DNA of 64,000 nt, from positions 1,440,001 to 1,504,000 of the forward strand of contig CAWDML010000001.1 in the NCBI GenBank assembly GCA_963803435.1, in the 5' to 3' direction. The stretch's first letter is position 1. Every line of letters starts with the position of its first letter. The notes under the pieces were generated by a model. It ran no database searches and was not told the DNA's origin. It worked only from the letters and a program-made list of their open reading frames with translations. The position numbers and the translations under genes are program-made. The DNA is from an uncultured delta proteobacterium (GTDB lineage: Bacteria > Myxococcota > Kuafuiibacteriia > Kuafuiibacteriales > Kuafuiibacteriaceae). This document shows positions 39,309 through 48,369 of the stretch, piece by piece.

Positions 39309-41201
39309 TCACGACTGGCTGTCCCGCTCGTGGTGGTGCGAGGTACCGCCGGTCGCACGCGTCTTGGCGATCGCGCGCTCGGACACCAGCTCCCGGGCCT
39401 CTCCCTCGATCGTCGAGAGCTGGCGCGCCGTCGAGATCAGCGCCACGTGCGTGAACGCCTGCGGGAAATTGCCGAGCATCAGCCCACTGTCGGGATCGTA
39501 CTCCTCCGAGTAGAGACCGACGTCGTTGGCGAGCCCGAGCAGGGAGCGGAACAGCGCATCGGCGCGATCGATCTGTCCCTGCATGGCGAGCACGTCGGCC
39601 ATCCAGAAGGAGGTCATGAGGAAGGCGCCCTCGCCTCCTTCGACGCCGTCGTCGGTGTTCTCGTTGCGATAGCGCGCCAGCAGACGACCACGTCCGAGGT
39701 CCTCCTGGATCGCCTTCACGGTCGCGACCATCCTTGGATCCTTCGCCTGGATGAAGCCGACCATCGGCAGCCTGAGGAGGCTCGCGTCGACCTCCTTGCT
39801 GCCGTAGGCCTGGACGAAGCAGCCGCGCGAAGCATCGAAGCCGTGCGTCATCACGCTCTCGCGGATCATGGCCTGCTCGGTTCGCCAGCGCTCGAGATCG
39901 CAGCGCAGGCCGGCGCGCGCCGCCTGGATCCCGCGCTCGAGCGCCACCCAGCACATCACCTTCGAATAGACGTGATGGAGCGGATCGCCGCGGGACTCCC
40001 ACATCCCTTGATCGGGCTCGCGCCAGCGCCGGCAGGTCTCGTCGATCACGCTGCGCAGAAACTCCCATCCATCGCCGGTGATGCGGTGACCGATCGTCTC
40101 CCAGAGGTGGGCAGCGTCGAGGAGCTCGCCGTAGACGTCGAGCTGGAACTGGGCGGCAGCCGCGTTTCCCCTGCGCACCGGACGAGAGCCGCGGTAACCC
40201 GTGAGGGACTCGAGCGCTTCCTCCCGCACGTGCCGCTCGCCGTAGCACCCGTACATGATCTGCAGGCCGTCGACCCGACCCGCGGTGCTGCGCTCGATGA
40301 AGTGCTTGAAGCCGGTGGCGGCCTCGGGCTGGCCCACGGCGAGGAGCGCAGCCAGCGTCATGGTCGCGTCGCGCACCCACGCGTAGCGATAGTCCCAGTT
40401 GCGAGAGCCACCGATCGACTCGGGCAGCGAGGTGGTGGGCGCCGCGATGATCGCTCCAGTGGGAGCGCACGTGAGCAGCTTGAGGACCAGCGACGAACGT
40501 TTGGTGACGTCGCCGAACTCGCCCTCGTAGTGCCCGCGTGCGATCCAGCGGCGCCACCACTCGATCGTGGTGTCGAGCCGCTGATCGAGCTCCTCGGCAG
40601 ACAGTCGGGTCAGGCTCATCTCGTGGGGAGGATAGGCCACCAGAGAGAGCCGGGAGCGCTGGCCGGCCCGGACGTCGATGGTGCCGGACAACACGCCGGC
40701 AGCCCGATCGATCGAGAGCGCGGCGTCCGATATGAGGACGAAGGCGTCGTCGCCTCCGACACCCGTGAAGACGCGGTGCTCTGGGTGCCATCGAAGCCAG
40801 GGAGAGAGGCTCGCGTAGTCGAAGCGAGGCTCGACGATCACGTCGAAGCAGACCTCACCGCGCAGACCCTCCACCACCCGCAGCAGCTGGCGAAACGGAT
40901 GCTTCCGCCCGCCTCGCCGCATGGTGAAACAGTCGAGCAGCCGGGCGGTGCCCGAGCCGGTCCGGAACGTCGTCTCGAGGACGTTGGTGTCGTCGAGGTA
41001 GCGCCGGCTCACGCCGCGAAGGTCGCGTGGGACGATCGCGCATCGTCCCCCGCGGGCCGGGTCGAGGAGTCCCGCGAAGAGCGCACCGCTGTCGAAGCGG
41101 CGTACGCAGGCCCAATCGATCGTGCCGTCGCGCCGGACCAGCGCGGCGCCGTGGCAGTCGCCGATCAAGGCGTAGTCGGCGATCGGTGCATTCGAGCCCA
41201 T
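39309..41201 (-). CDS. Glycoside hydrolase family 15 (glucoamylase/trehalase-like)
   Basis: PIADYALIGDCHGAALV, AAPTTSLPE..GGSRNWDYRYAWVRD, QLDVYGE, LGNFPQAFTH. Confidence 0.95.
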   Translation of the reverse strand: MGSNAPIADYALIGDCHGAALVRRDGTIDWACVRRFDSGALFAGLLDPARGGRCAIVPRDLRGVSRRYLDDTNVLETTFRTGSGTARLLDCFTMRRGGRKHPFRQLLRVVEGLRGEVCFDVIVEPRFDYASLSPWLRWHPEHRVFTGVGGDDAFVLISDAALSIDRAAGVLSGTIDVRAGQRSRLSLVAYPPHEMSLTRLSAEELDQRLDTTIEWWRRWIARGHYEGEFGDVTKRSSLVLKLLTCAPTGAIIAAPTTSLPESIGGSRNWDYRYAWVRDATMTLAALLAVGQPEAATGFKHFIERSTAGRVDGLQIMYGCYGERHVREEALESLTGYRGSRPVRRGNAAAAQFQLDVYGELLDAAHLWETIGHRITGDGWEFLRSVIDETCRRWREPDQGMWESRGDPLHHVYSKVMCWVALERGIQAARAGLRCDLERWRTEQAMIRESVMTHGFDASRGCFVQAYGSKEVDASLLRLPMVGFIQAKDPRMVATVKAIQEDLGRGRLLARYRNENTDDGVEGGEGAFLMTSFWMADVLAMQGQIDRADALFRSLLGLANDVGLYSEEYDPDSGLMLGNFPQAFTHVALISTARQLSTIEGEARELVSERAIAKTRATGGTSHHHERDSQS

Positions 41202-41287
41202 CGATCGAGATCGTGGGTGTTCGGGCCCATCCCCACAAGCGGTGCACACCGCGGCAGGTCGCCCCAGCAAGGCAGAGTGCCTTGCGG

Positions 41288-42379
41288 TCAGGCGTTGTTG
41301 ACGAGCGTGTAGTTGAAGCCGTTGCCGCCGACCGCCGCCAGGAAGCCCTGGAACTGATCGGGCGCGAACGTCTGGCATCCCGCGCTACCGACGAAGTCGG
41401 TCCCACCGACGTGGAAGAGCATCGAGTTGGCGCCACCGCTCGACGCCCCGCCGTCGTTGCCGAAGACCCCATCGGCGTTCGTATCGCGGTCGACCTGAGC
41501 GTCGCCCTGCATGGCGAAGGCCGGGTTGCCCTTGTAGGTGGTCGGCTCGTAGCGATAGTTGCCGGGCTTGAGGCGACCTTGATCGAGCGTGCCGTTACCG
41601 TCCGCGTCGTCGCCCATCGAGCCCCGGTAGTGGGCCACCGGCTCGGTGTTCGAGCGGAACTCTTGCGCGTGCTTGTCTCCGTTCGCGTCCTGCCACACCA
41701 CCGCCGTCACGTCGTCGTATGCGCCGTTGCCACCGTTGGTGTCCGCGTCCGTGGGGTTTCGGATCGCGATGACGTTTCGACCGTTGGCGTCGAGCTTGCC
41801 GCCGTTCTGCTCGATCAAGCTCTTGTAGTGATCGAACTTCTCCGCCTCGCTCATGTTCTTCGTGTCTTTGTTGACCGGCCCTTTCGTGGGTCCCACGGTC
41901 GGGCCCGAGCCGGCGGGCGCCGTGCTCGTCGACGGGCCCGAACCGCCCGTGCTCATGCCGCCGGCGGGATTGGTGGCGCCGCCGCCGCTCCAGCTGGCCG
42001 GTTGAGCGCTGTAGTTGCTCGGCGAGCTGAGGTGGCCGATCGGCGCGGGACGCGTGATCTTCTTGTTTGCGTCCGGTCCTCCGCTCTGGATCCAGTCGAT
42101 GAGCGCGGCGAGCATGTCCTGCGACGACATCCCGTTGGTATTGAAGTTGGGACGCGGCAGGCCGTTCATGTCTCCACCGCTGGTGTTGAGCATCTTCAGA
42201 AGCTGCTCGAGCTCCTGCTGCGAGTCGATCCCATCGCGAAGCTTGGGGTCGTTCTGCGCGACCTTCGCGATGTCGGGCCCGAGCTTGTCGAGCCCGATCG
42301 AGCCGCCCTCGGCGAAGGGGTCCCCCTGGAGATAGGGGAGAAGAGAGGTGAGGGAGAGATCCGATGAGATGCCAACCAC
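41288..42379 (-). CDS. Putative secreted effector: low-complexity N-terminus plus an L,D-transpeptidase-like (H-x-G...S-x-G-C) domain
   Basis: GAYDDVTAVVW...NTEP...GRLKPG.Y...VDRDTNADG...MLFHVGGTDFVGSAGCQT; no Sec signal. Confidence 0.6.
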   Translation of the reverse strand: MVGISSDLSLTSLLPYLQGDPFAEGGSIGLDKLGPDIAKVAQNDPKLRDGIDSQQELEQLLKMLNTSGGDMNGLPRPNFNTNGMSSQDMLAALIDWIQSGGPDANKKITRPAPIGHLSSPSNYSAQPASWSGGGATNPAGGMSTGGSGPSTSTAPAGSGPTVGPTKGPVNKDTKNMSEAEKFDHYKSLIEQNGGKLDANGRNVIAIRNPTDADTNGGNGAYDDVTAVVWQDANGDKHAQEFRSNTEPVAHYRGSMGDDADGNGTLDQGRLKPGNYRYEPTTYKGNPAFAMQGDAQVDRDTNADGVFGNDGGASSGGANSMLFHVGGTDFVGSAGCQTFAPDQFQGFLAAVGGNGFNYTLVNNA

Positions 42380-42460
42380 GGAGATGAGGGTAGCGGTGAA
42401 GGTGCAGGCCTTCAGTTACGGATCGGCCGTAAGTATGAGACCTGCCGTCCTCGGTTCGGA

Positions 42461-45400
42461 TCACGCCCGGGCTTCGGCGGATCGCTGCGCGACGGGGAGG
42501 ACGTCCTCCGGATCGAACCGCGCTCCGGTGAAGCCGGCCTCGATCATCCGCATGAGATCCTCGCTCGACATCGTGCCCGCCCGATCCGATCCCTCGAGGA
42601 GGTCCTGCATGAGGTGCCGCTTGTCCTCATGGAGCGCCAGGATCTGCTCCTCGATCGTTCCGCGCGTCACCAGGCGGTACACCGTGACCGGTTGCGTCTG
42701 GCCGATGCGATGGGCCCGATCGGTGGCTTGATCCTCCACCGCCGGATTCCACCAGGGATCCAGGTGGATCACGGTGTCAGCGGCGGTCAGGTTGAGACCG
42801 GTCCCCCCGGCCTTCAAAGAGAGGAGGAACAGCGGGGCGCCACCGGTCTGGAATCGATCCACGAGCCCAGGGCGCTCGGCCGCCGGCGTGGAGCCATCCA
42901 GGTAGACGTAGTCGATCGCGGCCTCTTCCAGTGCGCCCCGGACCAGCGCGAGGTTCTGCGTGAACTGGCTGAACACGAGGGCGCGACGGCCCTCCTCGAT
43001 CAGATCGCCAGCGATGTGGAGAAGACGTTCGAGCTTGGACGACGGGACGGTCGACGCGGGATCGTAGAGCTTCGGGTGGCAGCAGATCTGCCGCAAGTGC
43101 GTCAGCGCCGACAGCACGTGGAAGCGCACTTGCTCCGCCGGGAGCTCCGTCTTCAGCTTCACGAGGTGCGCGATGGCGGAGAGCCGCGCGTCCTCGTAGA
43201 GCGCGCGCTCCTTCGGCGAGAGCGCCACGTCGACGGTGATCTCGGTCTTCGCGGGGAGCTCCTTCGCGACCTCGACCTTGGTCCGCCGCAGGACGAAGGG
43301 GCGGATGACCGCGGCCAGGGCTTGTTTCGCCTCCGTCGCTCCGAGCTTCTCGATCGGCGTCACGAACCGCTCGCGGAAGTGCTCCCAGCTCCCGAGCAGC
43401 TTCGGAAAGACGACCCGAAAGATCGACCAGAGCTCACCCAGCCGGTTCTCCACCGGCGTCCCGGTGAGCGCGACCGTCCAGGCCGGCCGGAGCTTGCGGA
43501 TCGCACGTGCCCGCTGGGTCGTGGGGTTCTTGATCGCCTGCGCCTCGTCGAGGACCAGAGTCGCGAGGTCCAGCTCCGCCAGGCGCTCGGAGTCGCGCTG
43601 CACGATCGCGTAGCTGGTGATCACGACATGGTTGGGGCCGAGCCCTTCGAGCCGTGCCTCCCGGTCCGCGCCCGAGTACGGGATCGGGATCAGCGCCGTC
43701 GCGAACCTCTCCATCTCTCGGATCCAGTTGAAGCAGACCGAGGTGGGCGCGACCACCATCTGCGGTCCTTCGCCGGCGCGATCCAGCAGCACGGCCAGCG
43801 TTTGGACCGTCTTTCCCAGGCCCATGTCGTCGGCGAGGATCCCTCCGGCGCCCCAGGCGGCGAGACGGCTCATCCACGCGTGACCCTGGCGCTGATAGGT
43901 TCGGAGGTCGGCCGCGAGCGTGCTCGGCACAGTCGGCACCAGCGCACCGGCCGACGCGATCCGATCCCGCAGCGCCTGCCAGGACGACGGCGCGGAGAAG
44001 CCGTCGAGATCGTCGAAGTGGCCGATCGCCGCGGGGCTGACCTCGACTCGCTCGTCGCGAGAGGAGGTGAGCGGCTCGATCTTCGACAGCCGCTCCAGGA
44101 GCGCCTCCTCGAGGATCACGAAGAGGTGCTCGTCGATCCGGACGAAGCGGCGGCGGTGGCGCGCGGCGTCGAGCAACACCGCGATGCTGACGCGGTGTCC
44201 GTCGATCTCCGATCCCGCCCTGGAGCCCGAACCAGTCCTTGCCCTCGACCGCCTCCACGCGCAGACTCCCGAGCGCGCCTGCTCGCGTCACCCACTCGCC
44301 TGCCGGCCAGCGGCACTCGATCGGCTCCGACTTGATACGGATGAGGAGATCGACCGCGTCGTCGCCGAGGGCGCGTACGCTCCAGTCGGCGTCGAACGTC
44401 ATGCCGAGCCTCAGGGCTGTGTCCCGCGCGACCCGGACCTCGGCCGCGAGATCTCGGGTGGCCGCCACCAGCATGCGCGCGGCCGTCGACGCCACCGCCA
44501 GCGGATCCCCGGCGCCGGGCACGTACAGGATCCCGCCCTCGATGGGGCGGATACGGAGGGTCGCCGCCAGGCCGTCTCCGTACGGGGTCAGCGTCAACAC
44601 CGGATCCGTGCGCGCCTCCACCGACTGCTCGTAGACGGCCTTCGGAAATCGCACCGGGAGGTGGGGGCGCACGCGGGCGAGCGCGGCGAGCAACCTCGGG
44701 TGGGCCGCCGGCGGGATCGCAGGGCCGAAGGCCTCGATCCCCGCGAGCACGCGCGCGATCCCCTCGGAGACCGGCGTCAGCCGGATGACCGCTCGGTCGT
44801 AGTCGATGTCGACCGCGGTCTCGCCGAGGCGCTGGGCGGCCAGCCAGCCGCGGAGCTCCTCGAAGGCCATCGGTGCCCCGTCCACCACCGGCAGGAGCGC
44901 CAGGCCGGCGCCGCCCTCGCTCGCCGACAGCTCCAGTCGTCCCTCCTCGACGATCCGGGCCCACGACCCTGCCCGGGCGCCCGCTCCGCGCGGAGCCCTC
45001 GCACCCGTCTCCGCTCGCGGGCGCTCGCTGCGCGCTCCGCTTGCCCGCGGGGCCCGCTCGGGCGGAGCCCTCGCACCCGTCTCCGCTCGCGGGCGCTCGC
45101 TGCGCGCTCCGCTTGCCCGCGGGCTCGACGACGAGGATGCGCGGGTGGCCGCGAAGCGCCCGAAGCGCCCCGACGAGTTGCTCGTCCCGGACGTCGGATG
45201 ACAGGGAGCCGTCGCCGAGCAGGCGCGCAACGGCCAGGAGCTCTCGATTCTTGTGGCTCCACCAGCAACGACGCTGGGACCTTCCAGGGCGAGACCCTCT
45301 TCGGCTTCTTCGGGCCGCGCTCTTCGAGCGCGGGGTGGAGCGTCCGGGTCGTCGGGTTGACCTGCCACCAGAGGATGGAGTCTTCGGCCTCACGCGCCCC

Positions 45401-46411
45401 CAGCTCGATCCGCTCGATGGCCTGGTCGACGGCTTCGACCATCCACTCCCAAGGCGATCGTCCGATCTGCTCGAGGAACGCCGTGCGCTTCGCCGGATCT
45501 TCGACGAGGCCGAAGGCGAGAGAGAGGGTCTCGTCGATCGCGTTGAGCGCGTGCACGCACGGCTGAGAGCACTCCGAGCAGCGCGGCTGTGGCGGTGGAC
45601 CGTCGAGCGTGATCGGGAGCCGGACGTCGATCATCAGCGGCCCGATGGAGCCGGAGGTCCGGAGCTCGGAGACCTCGACGACGACCGGGTTCAGGGGACT
45701 GATGCGAACGGCCTCGAGGGGAACGGTCGCCCGCCGGCGGGGCTGTACCCGCGCCCGGATCCGGGCGCGCGCCGGCCGGAGCCACTCCACCAGCTGCCGG
45801 GCGCTCGGCTCCGGGGGCAACGGCCGCGTCTCCAGCGCCCGCTCCGTCTCCTCGGCGAGCGCCTGCTCGAGATCCTGGTAGAGCCGCTCGAGGTGCTTCT
45901 TCGCCAGCCGGCGCTGCTCCGCGGGCGCCAGCCGCCGCGAGCCGATCGCGATGCCCCGCACCAGATCGCGGAGCGTGGACGCGCCCACCTCCACCCAGCC
46001 GAGGACCCCCTTCGGGTGGGCGACGCGGAGCTCGGTCACCCGCTGGTCGAGCCAGGGCCCCAGCCCGTTGGCCTCGGCCCAGACCTCCAGCTCCTGCACC
46101 GACACCCGCTTCCCCGCGTGCCGGTGGGCCAGGACCAGCCACTGCCCGAGCGCCTTCAAGACCTTCTTCCGCGCGCCCTCGTGGACTGCGCCCGCGAGCG
46201 CCGCATCGGCGGTGGAGAGGAGCCCCGACACCGAGAGTCCGTCGGCACCGATCGCCCGGAGGGCGGTGCCGACGTCCTCGCGATCGGCGGTGCGAAGGAC
46301 ATCGGCGACCCGCGTTCGCGCCGCGATCTCCGCGAGGCCGAGACCTTCGATCGCGTCCTCGAGCTCGGCGAAGGTTCGCGCCGTGAGCGGACGCGTGACG
46401 TCGCTCGCCAC
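42461..46411 (-). CDS. SNF2-family helicase with a SWIM-like Zn finger; three +1 frameshifts (~45248, ~44985, ~44208)
   Basis: RCSECSQPCVH; LADDMGLGKT, DEAQAIKN, LTGTPVEN, SLKAGGTGLNL, DPWWNPAVEDQATDRAHRIGQ. Four ORF pieces each step one frame. Confidence 0.9.
44990..45123. repeat. Intragenic direct repeat: 62-bp identical core, 72-bp period, 2 copies
   Basis: GCGGAGCCCTCGCACCCGTCTCCGCTCGCGGGCGCTCGCTGCGCGCTCCGCTTGCCCGCGGG at 44990-45051 and 45062-45123. Confidence 0.92.
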
Positions 46412-46473
46412 GGGCGGGATTCTGCACGATCCGGGGCTCGGGGACAGCCGAAGATCGCGCAATCGACGGACGG

Positions 46474-47226
46474 TCACGCTCGGATCGACAGACACGTGAG
46501 GGCACCGTCGCCCTTGTGGAGCTCGCCGACGTCGAGCACCACGACCTCACACCCTCGCCCGCGGAGGCGCTCGGCCGTACGAGGCGCGGCGGCCGAGACG
46601 AGCACCGACGCTCCCAGATCGAGGACGTTCGCGCCGTGCAACTCGGGCGCGTCGATCAGCTCGACGCCGCGCGCGCGAAAGGGCTCGCCGTCGACCCGAT
46701 CGAACAGCCCGATCACCGCCTCACCGACGGGCGTCACGGCGGACTTGAGATGGAGCCCTGCGCGCACGCTCACCGGGATGGTCTCGAAACCGGAACGCGC
46801 CGCAAACTCGGAGAGCCGAGCGATCCCCGCGTCGTTGGTCCGCTCCGTCCGCCCCACGAACAACCGGATGCCCAGCCTGAGGACGTCGCCGCCGTCCAGC
46901 GTGGCGGGCGCCGCCATGACCTCGAGGTCGCCGACCGAGAGCGCCGGGCCGATGGTCGCGCCTTCGCCCCGCCGCGACGGCGCACCGGGTCGCGTCAACA
47001 GGGCGCGCCCCTCCAGCAGCACCGCCGGATCCTCGACGAACACCGAGTCGGGAGCGTCGTGCAAGGGAGGCAGCGCGATCACCTCGAGGCCGGCCGCCCG
47101 GAGCGCCTCCACGTAGGCCCCGTGCTGGCGGCGCGCCCGCTCGACGTCGATGTCGCCGGTGGTCGTGCGAAGACAACGGGCGTAGGCGTCCGGGACGGTC
47201 CGCACCCAGGCCATCGTCAGCCTCAT
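46474..47226 (-). CDS. Dimethylarginine dimethylaminohydrolase (amidinotransferase superfamily)
   Basis: PDSVFVED, SRRGE, LDGGDVL, RTNDAG, LHLKS, KGDGALTCLS. Confidence 0.92.
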   Translation of the reverse strand: MRLTMAWVRTVPDAYARCLRTTTGDIDVERARRQHGAYVEALRAAGLEVIALPPLHDAPDSVFVEDPAVLLEGRALLTRPGAPSRRGEGATIGPALSVGDLEVMAAPATLDGGDVLRLGIRLFVGRTERTNDAGIARLSEFAARSGFETIPVSVRAGLHLKSAVTPVGEAVIGLFDRVDGEPFRARGVELIDAPELHGANVLDLGASVLVSAAAPRTAERLRGRGCEVVVLDVGELHKGDGALTCLSIRA

Positions 47227-47279
47227 CCCGGCCAGCCTACCTGGCGGAACGGTCCTCCGGTAGCATCGGCGGAAAACGC

Positions 47280-48365
47280 ATGGACAAGATCATCAAGAAC
47301 GTCTGGCGTCGCGCCGAAGGGGAGGCGTACGAGACCGCCCGGATCCTCGATCGGACGCGCGCCCCGGAGGGCTTCGACGTCGCGCGCCACCGCTTCGACG
47401 CGCGTGGCACACTGGTGCTCGACGCGGCCGACGGCCACCTCGCGAGCGTCCTCCGGGGCCACGCCGAGGTCGACGCGGACGACGCGCACCTGTCGATCAC
47501 CGGCGGCGTCCATCTCTACCTGCCGCCGGGCGTGCCCATCTCGATCACCGGAGAGCCCGGCACGGAGCTGGTGCGCGTGTCGGCGCCGGCCGCCCGGGCG
47601 CGCGGCACCGAGCTCCTCGTGCGCGACGAGACGTTCCTGTCCGCCTGCGCCACCGAGACGCACGCGCTCCGCTGGATCCTGACGCCGCAGTACCTGAGCC
47701 GGCGCGTGTTCCTGCATCACGATCCGGTGCTCGTGTCGCGGTCCGGCCACCCGGTGTCCTGGTTCCGCACCACGATGTTCGACGTCGCCGGGCTGCCGCC
47801 CAACCAGGAGGGCGAGCCGGTCTTCAAGATGTCCTACAACTCGCGGACCGAGTTCAACGTGATCTACGAGGTCGAAGGCGACGCGCGCGTCCGCTTCGCC
47901 GAGCATCCGTATGGCGCGACGGATCAGGCCTGGACCCCGTGGGTCGCGCTCGATCGAGAGTCGACGTACCACCTCGACGAGACGCCCGCCGCCGGCCAGC
48001 TCCGCAACAAGCACGAGGTCTACGCGGCGCCCGGAGGGCACGTCACGCTGCTCTGCCTCTTCGATCCGGCGCCCGTGGGGATCGAGCGCCATCGCCCCGG
48101 CGAGTACAGCGACTACGAGCCGATGTCCGCCGTGCTCGCGACCCCGGAGTACGCGGTGCATCAGCGCGAGATCGCGGCGTTCGATCGGATGGTGGACGCG
48201 CTCTCGCGCGCGCGGGCGTGCGGCGTGCTGTCCGAGCGCGAGGGTTCACCGGAGTGGGCGCTCTACCGGCGGGGCGTCGGCGCGCAGGCCGGTCTCGAGG
48301 CGGCGCTCGCGGGCACCCTCGGCGAGCGCCGGCGCGTGATCGAGCCCTGGATGTCCGCGAAGTGA
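47280..48365 (+). CDS. Hypothetical protein, possibly bicupin-like
   Basis: 361 aa, beta-rich (GVHLYLPPG, NKHEVY...HVTLLCLFDP); divergent from DDAH. Confidence 0.6.
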   Translation: MDKIIKNVWRRAEGEAYETARILDRTRAPEGFDVARHRFDARGTLVLDAADGHLASVLRGHAEVDADDAHLSITGGVHLYLPPGVPISITGEPGTELVRVSAPAARARGTELLVRDETFLSACATETHALRWILTPQYLSRRVFLHHDPVLVSRSGHPVSWFRTTMFDVAGLPPNQEGEPVFKMSYNSRTEFNVIYEVEGDARVRFAEHPYGATDQAWTPWVALDRESTYHLDETPAAGQLRNKHEVYAAPGGHVTLLCLFDPAPVGIERHRPGEYSDYEPMSAVLATPEYAVHQREIAAFDRMVDALSRARACGVLSEREGSPEWALYRRGVGAQAGLEAALAGTLGERRRVIEPWMSAK

Positions 48366-48369
48366 AGCG

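Noticed and set aside
44990-45123. 62-bp repeat pair as a mini-CRISPR
   Set aside because: Only two copies with a 10-bp gap, and they lie inside a gene.
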